Of a stretch of DNA of 64,000 nt, positions 10,580-19,806 are shown piece by piece. The translations under genes were made by a program, and so were the position numbers. A model generated the notes under the pieces. The model did not search any database, was not told the DNA's origin, and saw nothing but the letters and a program-made list of their open reading frames with translations. Source of the stretch: an uncultured Bacilli bacterium (GTDB lineage Bacteria > Bacillota_I > Bacilli_A > RF39 > UBA660). The stretch spans positions 211,343 to 275,342 of the forward strand of contig CAJUPN010000001.1 of NCBI GenBank assembly GCA_910588195.1. Reading direction: 5' to 3'. How positions within the stretch are numbered: the first letter of the stretch is position 1; each line of letters starts with the position of its first letter.

Positions 10580-11779
10580 ATGAAAAAGATGAATGCGTTT
10601 TTATTAATATTATTTTTAATTATAGGTTTTGCTGCAGTTTCTACCAATCTATTTATTAATGTTATTGCAAATATCGGTGAAAATAAAGAAGATTTTGATG
10701 TGATTTTTTATAGTGCGATGTTAGATGAGTTAGTAGTCTCTAGTAGTGTAATAAGCGAAGACAAGAAAACTATTAATTATTCGACGAATGAGCTTACAAT
10801 TCCAAATGAATCATCTGTTTTAGTATTTTCAGTTTTAAATAATTCAAGTTTTTATGATGCTGAGGTCTCGATTGAATGCAATATTCCTTTAAGTAATGAA
10901 TATTCAGTATCAGTAACACCAGAAGAAATGGTTATATCTGCCGGAAAAAGAAGAGATGGAACAATCTCTGTAAACTTAAATAAACCGTTGATAGAGGCAA
11001 AAGAAATTAACTTTTCTTGTAAATTAATTTCTAATGCAATTGAAAGAGATTCAAGTGTCGATAAAGTATATGATAGAACTAATTATGATGTTGTTTTAGT
11101 TGGAGACAGCATCATGAATGGTTATGGAAATGATCAAAAGAGTTTTGATTATTATTTGAAAAATGATGGTTTAGCTAATAATGTTTTAAATTTATCAGAA
11201 AATGGAGCAATGCTATTCAACTCTACATATGTTGATGAAAAACAGTTAATATTAGAAAATCAAATAAGAATGCAACTGTTTGGAAAAGCAGTAAATATAA
11301 GAGATGGTTCATTGTTAATTATGAATGGTGGAGCAAATGATTTGGTTTATAATTTGCAATATGATTCTTATAAATTGGGAGTTGAAAGTGTAGATGATTT
11401 TTTGCAGGTATCATATTTTAATGATGTTATGAATAGTGATAATTTAGTCAAAAGAATATATGATTCATTATCTGGAGTTGCTACTACCTTTCCAAATGTT
11501 AAAATATTTTATATAAAACCAAGACTAATACCATCAGAGATAACTAAATATTATAAGGATACTAACTTAATAAATGACGATATTGCTTTATTTAATCAAG
11601 CAATTGATATTTGGGAAGAAAGAATAGGTTCTAAAAAATATCCAAATTTGCATATATTGGATAGTAACGATTATATCTTAGAAAGTGATCTTAAATATTC
11701 TAGTGATTCATCAGATGGTCTTCATTGGTTGGAAAGTGCATATCTTAAAATGTATGATGAAATAAAGAAAATCAATTAA
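10580..11779 (+). CDS. secreted SGNH/GDSL-family hydrolase with shared N-terminal module
   Basis: N-terminal signal/anchor MKKMNAFLLILFLIIGFAAVST.. GDSL block VVLVGDSIMNGYGN. N-terminal ~100 aa are homologous to the ORFs at 12912 and 48930. Confidence 0.65.
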   Translation: MKKMNAFLLILFLIIGFAAVSTNLFINVIANIGENKEDFDVIFYSAMLDELVVSSSVISEDKKTINYSTNELTIPNESSVLVFSVLNNSSFYDAEVSIECNIPLSNEYSVSVTPEEMVISAGKRRDGTISVNLNKPLIEAKEINFSCKLISNAIERDSSVDKVYDRTNYDVVLVGDSIMNGYGNDQKSFDYYLKNDGLANNVLNLSENGAMLFNSTYVDEKQLILENQIRMQLFGKAVNIRDGSLLIMNGGANDLVYNLQYDSYKLGVESVDDFLQVSYFNDVMNSDNLVKRIYDSLSGVATTFPNVKIFYIKPRLIPSEITKYYKDTNLINDDIALFNQAIDIWEERIGSKKYPNLHILDSNDYILESDLKYSSDSSDGLHWLESAYLKMYDEIKKIN

Positions 11780-11802
11780 AATCCACAGTTGTGGATTTTT
11801 TG
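11779..11802 (+). terminator. rho-independent terminator
   Basis: aatccacag/ttgtggatttttt hairpin. Confidence 0.55.
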
Positions 11803-11860
11803 TGAATAAAAAATGCAAGCCATTTGAGGTCTGCATATTTATAATTTTTATGATGATTTA

Positions 11861-12226
11861 TTATTTTAATTTATCATAAATTATTTCTAAGTCAACTATT
11901 GGTTGGACAGAATCATACCCTGGGGTTAGATGGATATGAAAATGCTTAATTTCTTGACAAGATCCTGAATTAGTTATTACTTGAAATCCTGTGCAATCTA
12001 ATCTTTCTTGAACTAATACAGATAAATCTTTTAAAATTTTATTTATATGAACATTTTCTTCATCAGTTAATTTAGTAAAGTTTTCGGCATGTCTTTTTAA
12101 TAGAATAAGTAAGTCTCCATTTTGTTCAGGATTAATATTCATGATAACTTTAACAATATCATCTTCATAAATCTTTTTTGATGGTATTTCATCTTTTATA
12201 ATTTTACAAAATATACAATCTTTCAT
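11861..12226 (-). CDS. HIT-family (histidine triad) nucleotide hydrolase
   Basis: 121 aa with C-terminal HFHIHLTP histidine triad motif (HxHxHxx). Confidence 0.85.
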   Translation of the reverse strand: MKDCIFCKIIKDEIPSKKIYEDDIVKVIMNINPEQNGDLLILLKRHAENFTKLTDEENVHINKILKDLSVLVQERLDCTGFQVITNSGSCQEIKHFHIHLTPGYDSVQPIVDLEIIYDKLK

Positions 12227-12369
12227 AATTTCACCTAAGTTGATTATATCATAATTTTTGTAAGTTGGTGATATTTAATTTGTGTATATAAAATGTATAC
12301 TTTACAAAATTGGATGGCTTTGTTTTTCTGTTTTTTATATAATTAAATACATAGAAAGAAGCTTTTATT

Positions 12370-12891
12370 ATGAAAAGAAAATATATGATGATATCTTATT
12401 GTGTTTTTGCGGTTTTTTTCATGCTTGTTGTGGTGATTAACCTGTTACCAGATAAAAACGTAAGTGGAACACCAGAACTTAATACACAGGAAAATGAAAT
12501 TGATGAAAATTTTTTTGATGATGAAAATTTAAGTAGTGAAGATGGAGAACAGGGAAAAGAGTACGCAGATGCGAAAATGATTCTTGGTGAAGAAGATCTT
12601 GCTGGCTTTAAAAAAGTAAGTACTGGAGATAATGTTAATTTAGAAATTAGTAATGTTAATATAAAAAAAATGAGTAAACTCACAAGTGTTACAGGAACAA
12701 TTAAAAATACTGATATTGGAAGAAATGTAGTCATAAAAGTCGAGTTTTATAATGGTGAAAACCCATTAGGTTCATCTAGTATTTTGTTAGAAAGAATCGA
12801 AAAAAATGAAAGCAAAGATTTTGTGATTAAGGTGGCTAATAATATTGTAAGTGATGACTATAGAGTTTTTGTAGATTATGTAGGTGAGTAA
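12370..12891 (+). CDS. secreted hypothetical protein
   Basis: 173 aa with an N-terminal hydrophobic signal/anchor and an acidic linker. No known motif. Confidence 0.5.
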   Translation: MKRKYMMISYCVFAVFFMLVVVINLLPDKNVSGTPELNTQENEIDENFFDDENLSSEDGEQGKEYADAKMILGEEDLAGFKKVSTGDNVNLEISNVNIKKMSKLTSVTGTIKNTDIGRNVVIKVEFYNGENPLGSSSILLERIEKNESKDFVIKVANNIVSDDYRVFVDYVGE

Positions 12892-12911
12892 TTTTAAAAA
12901 ATAATAATAAG

Positions 12912-13208
12912 TTGTTAGTTGTTATTTTGTTGTTGGTAATAGGTTTTGCGGGAGTAGCTACTACACTTGTTATTAATGGTAAAGCTTTTATTGGAGCTAA
13001 CGAAAGTGATTATAAAATATATTTTAGTGAAGCTATATTGGATGATAAAGATAAGACTAATTCTATAATAAGCGAAAATAAACAAGAAATAAGTTTTGAA
13101 ACGAAGGAATTAGTAGAATTGATGGATGAATCTAACTTAAACTTTGAGGTTACAAATAATTCCAGTCAATATGACGCAGAGGTAAAATTTATGGTGGAAA
13201 AATTGTAA
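12912..13208 (+). pseudogene. fragment of an N-terminal-module protein (signal anchor + NNSxYDAEV domain only)
   Basis: The 98-aa ORF has the same N-terminal module as 10580 and 48930 (IGFAGVATTLVING...VTNNSSQYDAEV) and then stops. Protein-like sequence continues out of frame downstream (..SASDSSTISITAGKLELIDGE..). Confidence 0.4.
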
Positions 13209-13377
13209 GTGCTAGTGATAGCTCAACGATATCTATAACTGCTGGGAAATTAGAACTAATTGATGGAGAAGTTATAAATAATGGAAAAGGTAAGAAAATG
13301 TCTTATCTTTTTTTATTTATTAAATTTATTTTAGGTCATGCATACTATATAGTAAAAGGATATTTTAGGAGGTATTT

Positions 13378-13893
13378 ATGGCTTATTATAAAGAAATTGT
13401 TACTAAGGCAGTAATTGGAAAGGGTAAAAAAACGATAAGAGAAGATAGAGAAGTGTCTTTTGGTGATAGGCTTGATAATGTTTTAGGTTGTTGGGTTATT
13501 AATCATACATTTTCAGGAAGTATTTTAAATGGTGTAGTTGTAGTATCTGGTAACTATGATGTAAATATTTGGTATTCTTATGATAATAATACAAAAACTA
13601 ATGTTATTATTAAAAATTTTAATTATCAAGATCCAATGAAAGTTAAATTAAAAGAAAATTCAAAAATAAATAATAATTCTGAAATAATTGTTAGAAGTTT
13701 AAATCAGCCAAGTGTAACAGATGTTAGTGTTGAGGATGGAATAATAAAACTTACAGTTGATAAACAAATGGGAGTTGAAGTTATTGGGGATACAATGGTT
13801 AGAGTAAGTGTTGAAGATGAAATGGACGATTATGAAGAAATAGAAGATGATATTGTTGATGAAATTGATATAAATGATGATTATTTAAAATAA
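13378..13893 (+). CDS. cotE: outer spore coat morphogenetic protein CotE
   Basis: 171 aa. It is collinear with the recalled B. subtilis CotE consensus (starts MAYYKEIVTKAVIGKGKK; shares W[IV]INH and Y[DY][IV]N[IV]WYSY..NTKT) and has the acidic C-terminal tail typical of CotE. Confidence 0.8.
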   Translation: MAYYKEIVTKAVIGKGKKTIREDREVSFGDRLDNVLGCWVINHTFSGSILNGVVVVSGNYDVNIWYSYDNNTKTNVIIKNFNYQDPMKVKLKENSKINNNSEIIVRSLNQPSVTDVSVEDGIIKLTVDKQMGVEVIGDTMVRVSVEDEMDDYEEIEDDIVDEIDINDDYLK

Positions 13894-13917
13894 GTCTCTA
13901 AAAGGAGACTTTTTTGC
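13892..13917 (+). terminator. rho-independent terminator
   Basis: aagtctct/aaaaggagactttttt hairpin plus T-run. Confidence 0.6.
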
Positions 13918-14011
13918 TTTTTTTTAAGTGTTGTTATATAATATCTGATAAATTTGTTAGGAAATATTATGTAGAGAATAAAAATTTGATTATATTAGAG
14001 GGGTAGTTTTT

Positions 14012-14467
14012 ATGGAAAGAATTAAACTTTCATCATTTGAATTAGAAGAATATGATAGTTGTAATTCTGATCATCAGGAATATACAAAATATTTTGAAGA
14101 TGATGAAGATTACAATGCATATATGGAACCATTTTGGTCTTTTGAAAATTCAGTTAATTATGACAGAAAAAATGGTAGGTATGCATCTATTTATTTTGCA
14201 TATCACAATGGTGTGTTAGTTGGTATGGTGGGGTTAATTTGGATATTTGACCTCCCAGAACTTGTAATTGGTATATTAAAAGAGCATAGAGGACATCATT
14301 ATTCAAAACTTTTGTATAGAGAATATGCAGAATATGTATTAAAAACTTATCAAGAATATAAGGCACTATATGTAAGTATTCAACCAGAGAATATACATTC
14401 AGTAGAAAATGCTTTGGCTGCTGGATTTAAACAAATTGATGAATATAAATATGTTAAGAGGGGATAA
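14012..14467 (+). CDS. putative GNAT-fold acetyltransferase
   Basis: 151 aa with a weak GNAT-like pattern (..VGMVGL..., conserved aromatic/Ala motif near the C-terminus). Low certainty. Confidence 0.4.
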   Translation: MERIKLSSFELEEYDSCNSDHQEYTKYFEDDEDYNAYMEPFWSFENSVNYDRKNGRYASIYFAYHNGVLVGMVGLIWIFDLPELVIGILKEHRGHHYSKLLYREYAEYVLKTYQEYKALYVSIQPENIHSVENALAAGFKQIDEYKYVKRG

Positions 14468-14562
14468 AATACTTTTACGATAAAAAAGATTTATTCATTT
14501 AGGTAAATACAATTCTTTCTTGTATTTTGTGATATAATATAAACGTTTTTGGTGGGGTATAT

Positions 14563-14919
14563 ATGAAGAAACTATTAGAATATGATTTTTTAATGAAAGA
14601 TGTCTTTTATAAATGCTGGCATATTTTAGAGTATATTGATAAACATCCTAACATGAGTGAACTTGATAGAGAAGCTATCAAAGCAACTATCATGGATGCC
14701 TTAGTATATAAAGATTTAATTGAAGCAGAAAAACAATCTTTAGACTTAGACAATATGTGCATAAGAGAAGATTTAGAACATTATAAATATGAATCACATC
14801 CCAATGTATGTGGTATTCCACAATGGATGAAAGAAGAATTTAGATATAAATGTCTTTGCATTACCGGAGGATGTCCCATATCTGTTTTTTTAGCTAAACC
14901 ACCTAGTAAATATTTATGA
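14563..14919 (+). CDS. hypothetical Cys-containing protein
   Basis: 118-aa ORF with own RBS ggtgggg. No motif recognised. Confidence 0.4.
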   Translation: MKKLLEYDFLMKDVFYKCWHILEYIDKHPNMSELDREAIKATIMDALVYKDLIEAEKQSLDLDNMCIREDLEHYKYESHPNVCGIPQWMKEEFRYKCLCITGGCPISVFLAKPPSKYL

Positions 14920-15022
14920 TCCAAATACAGCTGTTAGTTCTATTTTCCCTGATGCCACATTCTATAATGTCTTTTATAATTCTCCTACTAGGGGAGTAAG
15001 GATTGATAGTAAAAGGCCATTT

Positions 15023-15424
15023 GTGGAAGTCAAAATAGATGGTGTATTATATTTAATTGATACTATAACTAAAAGGATATTTAAAAGTAGTTATTTTAAA
15101 GAAAACTATGGCTTTGAAATTGTAGATGAAGCAAGAGTCAGCGAATTGACTGGTAAAGAACTAGAAATTTATAAAGAACATACATCAATTACTAAAAGTT
15201 ATGATGACACCATTCCCTTTATAGAAATGACTATTCCAGCCTTAACAAATAATCCAGAACAAGCAGAAATGATATATGAATTTGAAAAGTCCCGTTCCAT
15301 TTATTCAGAATATTTTGAAGAAGCTAGAAGGTTCTTACAATTAGTTTCTGGACAAATAAATCCTGAAGAAATGAAAAAGTATGGTAAAGAGAGAGATGAA
15401 AGAAGGAAGAACTATAAATTTTAG
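15023..15424 (+). CDS. hypothetical protein
   Basis: 133-aa ORF, Lys/Glu-rich. No motif recognised. Confidence 0.4.
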   Translation: MEVKIDGVLYLIDTITKRIFKSSYFKENYGFEIVDEARVSELTGKELEIYKEHTSITKSYDDTIPFIEMTIPALTNNPEQAEMIYEFEKSRSIYSEYFEEARRFLQLVSGQINPEEMKKYGKERDERRKNYKF

Positions 15425-15650
15425 AAAAAGAAAATTTATAGTTTTTTTCTTTGTAAGGGAAGATTTTACAAAAGATAAATAGGAAAATAGTCAACAAGAT
15501 AATATTTCGATATCAAAAAAAGATATTAAGTTTTTGAGATATTATTATTTAACTTTTGTTCATTTACTTTTTTGTGGAATATTCATCTTATTTGTGTTAT
15601 AATGGAACTACTGAGTCGTCTTTATTTCTTTTTTTGAAAGAAGGAAAAAA

Positions 15651-17285
15651 ATGAGTAAAATAAAAATGTTCGCTTTAGGTGGACTTAATGAAAGTGGTAA
15701 AAACACTTACGTTATTGAAATAGATAATAAAATATTTATTTTTGATTGTGGTTTAAAATATGCAACTGATAGTATGTATGGAATAGATTATATTATTCCT
15801 AATTATCAATATTTAATTGATAATAAAGATAGAATAGTTGGTGTATTTTTAACTCACGCCCATCTAGAAAATATGGGTGGAATATTTGATTTAGTTAGAG
15901 AGATACCTAAAATAAAAGTATATGCTACAAATTATACTAAACAATACCTTTTATTAGAAGGATTGAATGAAAAAAATATAGTTGAAATAAAGGCGCAGAA
16001 GAAGGTAAGTTTCAAAGATGTATCAATATTCCCAATAAATGTTAGTCATTCAGTACCAGATGCTGTAATGTATGTAATTAATACAAAAGATGGAGCTATT
16101 TGTTATACTGGAGACTTTATAATTGATCCAACAATGGATGGGGCTTATTCAATGGATTTAGGTAAAATAGCTTATGTTGGTAAACAAGGTGTTTTAATGC
16201 TAATGAGTGAGTCTTCATTTTCAGAGCATCAAGGACATACTAGTCCAAATCACCGTTTAACAGGATGGTTTAAAGATATGATGAATCACAATGATGGAAG
16301 ATTGATTATTTCTATTCTTCCAATTCATTTACATACCATTCAAGAAGTAATAGATGCTGCTAATAATATGCATCGTCGTATTGTTATAATGGGAAAAAAA
16401 TTACAAAATATTGTTAATATGGCTTTAAAAAATGGTTATTTATTTGATGATAAAAAAATAATAGGTGATTTATCAGATTTAGATAGTAAAAATTGTATAT
16501 GTTTAATTTGTGATGATCGTGAGAAACCTTATCGAGCAGTGGAAAGAATTGTTTATGGGAATGATAAATTCATTAAATTAAAGACAAGTGATACTTTTGT
16601 TTTTGCTGAACCAAACTATGATGCTAATGAAAAACTTTTAGTTTCAATTCAAAATGATATCGCGATGCTTGGGGCAAAAAGTTTTACCGTTCCAAAAGAG
16701 AAAACAATTTTACAGCACGCTTCGCAAGAAGACTTAATGATAATGTTAAATCTTGTTAATCCTAAGTATTATATGCCTGTTAAGGGAGAATATCGTTTGA
16801 TGGTTAATAATGCTGATTTAGCAACATCTTTAGGAATACCTGCAAGTAATATAATTTTAAAACAAAATGGTGATGTAGTTTCTTTTGTTGATGGTGTTTT
16901 AGAAAATAAGTTTGAAACTATTAAAGTTGAAGATGTTTTAATTGATGGTAAGTCAAGTGATGATGTTGGTGAACTTGTTATAAAAGACCGTGAAATGTTG
17001 GGGGAAAATGGTATTATGTTAATTTCCGCAACATTAGATAAGAAAAGCAAAAATGTATTGGTTGGTCCAGAAGTAACTACTAGAGGATTTATTTATGTTA
17101 AGGATTCCTTAGAGATGATAGAGGAAATTAAACGAATGAGTTTAGATATTATTGAAAAAAATACGACACCTAATTATGTGGATTATAATCAAATAAAAAA
17201 TGAGATTAGAGAAGAACTTAGTAAATATTTTTATCATGAAACTGAATGTAAGCCAATGATTATTGCTGTTATTCAAGAGGTATAA
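15651..17285 (+). CDS. rnj: ribonuclease J family protein with degenerate catalytic motif (RNase J2-like)
   Basis: N-terminus IFALGGLNESGKNTYVIEIDNKIFIFDCG is the RNase J hallmark. The beta-lactamase motif II reads THAHLEN instead of HGHEDH. The beta-CASP and C-terminal domains are present. Confidence 0.85.
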   Translation: MSKIKMFALGGLNESGKNTYVIEIDNKIFIFDCGLKYATDSMYGIDYIIPNYQYLIDNKDRIVGVFLTHAHLENMGGIFDLVREIPKIKVYATNYTKQYLLLEGLNEKNIVEIKAQKKVSFKDVSIFPINVSHSVPDAVMYVINTKDGAICYTGDFIIDPTMDGAYSMDLGKIAYVGKQGVLMLMSESSFSEHQGHTSPNHRLTGWFKDMMNHNDGRLIISILPIHLHTIQEVIDAANNMHRRIVIMGKKLQNIVNMALKNGYLFDDKKIIGDLSDLDSKNCICLICDDREKPYRAVERIVYGNDKFIKLKTSDTFVFAEPNYDANEKLLVSIQNDIAMLGAKSFTVPKEKTILQHASQEDLMIMLNLVNPKYYMPVKGEYRLMVNNADLATSLGIPASNIILKQNGDVVSFVDGVLENKFETIKVEDVLIDGKSSDDVGELVIKDREMLGENGIMLISATLDKKSKNVLVGPEVTTRGFIYVKDSLEMIEEIKRMSLDIIEKNTTPNYVDYNQIKNEIREELSKYFYHETECKPMIIAVIQEV

Positions 17286-17512
17286 GCTTGGGATACATTC
17301 TTAATAAGAAAAATGAAGAATTAGGTGAAGAGTTAAATGAAATACTTTCTTCTTTGGGGTATGAAATTGAAATTAAACCAGATGAAGAAACAGAAGAAAA
17401 AGAAAAAAAGAATGATGAAGAAGATGCTTAGGTATCTTTTTTGTTTTGTGAGTAATAAAAATGTGTTAGAATAATGGTGATACATAAAAAACTTTATAGT
17501 GAGGTGATAAAG

Positions 17513-18793
17513 ATGAAGGGCACTTATCCAGCTGATACATATGTTGTTGTAAATCAAACTGTATTAACAGAAAATGATAAGAAAACGCTTATTAGTCTTT
17601 ATGAACCAATAATTGGTCCAATTGCTGTAAGTTTGTATTTGACTCTTTGGAGTGATTTGGATAAGTTAGAGATTGTTAGTACTACTTATACACATCATCA
17701 TTTGATGACTATTTTAAAAAGTTCTCTAGAAATAATTGTAAAAGCTCGTCAATCTTTGGAAGCTTTAGGTTTGTTAAAAAGTTTTTTTAAAGAAGATGAA
17801 AATATAAGTGAATATATATATGAACTTTATTCGCCTATGGCACCAAGTGATTTTTTGAATCATCCTATTTTAGGTGTTTTGCTTTTAAATAATATTGGCG
17901 AAAAAGAATACAATAATCTCGTTCAATATTATAAAAAGCAAAGTATAAAAAAAGAAGGATTTACAGAAATAACTAGTAATATGAATGTGACATTTAAATC
18001 AGCAACTCAAAGAGAAGCTCTAAAAGAGGAAGTTAGAAAACAAACTCGTGCTGTTATTAATTTAAATGATGTTATAGATTTTGATTTATTAGAAATTTCT
18101 ATTCCCAAGGGAATGGTTAATGCAAAAACTTTTAATAAAAGGACAAAAGACTTAATTAATCAATTAGCTTATATTTATAATATTGATACGATAAAGATGA
18201 GTGAGATTTTAAGATTAGTTATAGATGAATATGGCCTTATCAATAAAGAAAAGTTAAGAGATGCTGCTAGGAAGAATTATGAATATAATCATAACGGTAG
18301 TTTACCTACAATAGTCTACAGAACTCAACCAGATCATTTAAAAACACCTGAGGGAGACACTTCAAATCGAGCTAAAATGATTTATGTTTTTGAAAATACG
18401 AAACCTTATGATTTTTTAAAAAGTAAAAATAAAGGAATAAAACCAACAGTAAGAGACTTAAAACTAATGGAACATTTGGCAGTAGATTTTAATTTGAACC
18501 CTGGGGTTATAAATGTTTTAATAGACTATGCTTTAAGAGTTAATGATGGAAAATTAAATCAAAAATATTTAGAGGCCATTGCTTCTACATGGAGTCGAAA
18601 AGGAATTAAGACAGTTCCAGAAGCTATGGAAGCTGCTAAAAAAGGACATAAAAGAGTAGTAAAAACAGTAAAAGAAGGTAGTCAAAAGACAGAAATCAAG
18701 GCTCCATCTTGGATGAATAAAGAAAATAGTCGTGAAGAGATGAGTGAAGAAGAACTAAAAGAACTTGAATCGATGTTTGAGGAGTTTAGGTGA
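17513..18793 (+). CDS. dnaB: replication initiation/membrane attachment protein DnaB (DnaD-like domains; helicase co-loader)
   Basis: About 427 aa. C-terminal DDBH2 motif YLEAIASTW (YxxxIxxxW) is present, and the gene is followed by an overlapping dnaI as in the B. subtilis dnaB-dnaI operon. Start chosen at ATG 17513 after RBS gtgaggtga; the ORF track starts at 17474. Confidence 0.7.
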   Translation: MKGTYPADTYVVVNQTVLTENDKKTLISLYEPIIGPIAVSLYLTLWSDLDKLEIVSTTYTHHHLMTILKSSLEIIVKARQSLEALGLLKSFFKEDENISEYIYELYSPMAPSDFLNHPILGVLLLNNIGEKEYNNLVQYYKKQSIKKEGFTEITSNMNVTFKSATQREALKEEVRKQTRAVINLNDVIDFDLLEISIPKGMVNAKTFNKRTKDLINQLAYIYNIDTIKMSEILRLVIDEYGLINKEKLRDAARKNYEYNHNGSLPTIVYRTQPDHLKTPEGDTSNRAKMIYVFENTKPYDFLKSKNKGIKPTVRDLKLMEHLAVDFNLNPGVINVLIDYALRVNDGKLNQKYLEAIASTWSRKGIKTVPEAMEAAKKGHKRVVKTVKEGSQKTEIKAPSWMNKENSREEMSEEELKELESMFEEFR

Positions 18794-19710
18794 AGCAAAT
18801 GAGAAGTATAGATGAAGTAAATAAAAATATGGATACCAAAAATTTGGATAATGAATTGTTAAAAAGTTATAAAGAAGCCTTAAAAGATGAAGAGTTTGTT
18901 ACTTTAATAAAAAGATTAAAAATAACTGATGAGGTAGCAATAAAATATACTTCAAAATTAGAAACAACGGTTAAAGAACTTGAAAACTGTAAAAAATGTC
19001 GTAGCTTATTAGAGTGTAAAAATAAGATGGAAGGGTGCGTTTGTTATCCTAAAGTAAATGATAACCGACTACGTTTTGACTTTGTTGCATGTAAGTATAA
19101 GAATAAAGCTTTAAGTGAAGAATTATATAGTTCAAATGTCTTTGAAGAACCTTTAATAATAAAAAATGCTCGTATGTCTGATATTGATCTTAATGATAAA
19201 AATCGAGCTCATGTTATAAAATGGGTAAAAAACTTTTATACTAATTATCAAAAAAATTCTAATATTAAAGGGTGTTATCTTCACGGTTCTTTTGGTTCGG
19301 GGAAATCATTTATTTTAGCTTCTTTGCTAAATGAACTCGCAAGAAAAAAGGTTAAGACGACAATAATATATTTTCCTGAGATGTTAAGAAATTTAAAAGA
19401 ATCTTTTTATGATGATTTTGATGTAAAGATGGATTTACTAAAAAAGACTGATATTTTACTTATTGATGATATTGGGGCAGAAACAGTTACTCCTTGGAGT
19501 AGAGATGAAATACTTGGAACTATTTTACAGTATCGAATGGATTCTAAATTGCCAACTTTGTTCACTTCTAATTTGACGATTGAAGAGTTAGAAGGACATT
19601 TAGCTAATACTAAAAATTCAATAGATATTGTTAAGTCTAAAAGAATAATTGAAAGAATTAAACAGTTAACAGAAGATTTAGAATTAATTAGTGAGAATAG
19701 AAGAAAGTAA
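18790..19710 (+). CDS. dnaI: primosomal helicase loader DnaI (AAA+)
   Basis: Walker A GSFGSGKSF and Walker B LLIDDIGAE are present, with an N-terminal Cys-rich zinc-binding domain (CKKCRSLLEC). It overlaps the stop of the upstream gene. Confidence 0.85.
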   Translation: MKQMRSIDEVNKNMDTKNLDNELLKSYKEALKDEEFVTLIKRLKITDEVAIKYTSKLETTVKELENCKKCRSLLECKNKMEGCVCYPKVNDNRLRFDFVACKYKNKALSEELYSSNVFEEPLIIKNARMSDIDLNDKNRAHVIKWVKNFYTNYQKNSNIKGCYLHGSFGSGKSFILASLLNELARKKVKTTIIYFPEMLRNLKESFYDDFDVKMDLLKKTDILLIDDIGAETVTPWSRDEILGTILQYRMDSKLPTLFTSNLTIEELEGHLANTKNSIDIVKSKRIIERIKQLTEDLELISENRRK

Positions 19711-19806
19711 ACAATTGAGTTTTTGATTGTCAACTAGGTTGCAAAGTGCTGATAGATACTTTATAATTTAGTTATAGTGAATTTTAAAGACTGTGGGTGA
19801 ATTTTT

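Noticed and set aside
12396-12734. 112-aa minus-strand ORF inside the 12370..12891 gene
   Set aside because: Entirely antisense to a better-supported + strand secreted protein gene, has no RBS and has unusual composition.
17333-17557. 74-aa minus-strand ORF between rnj and dnaB
   Set aside because: Phe/Ile-rich junk-like translation overlapping the dnaB start region. A + strand acidic mini-ORF at 17288..17428 is more plausible (see findings).
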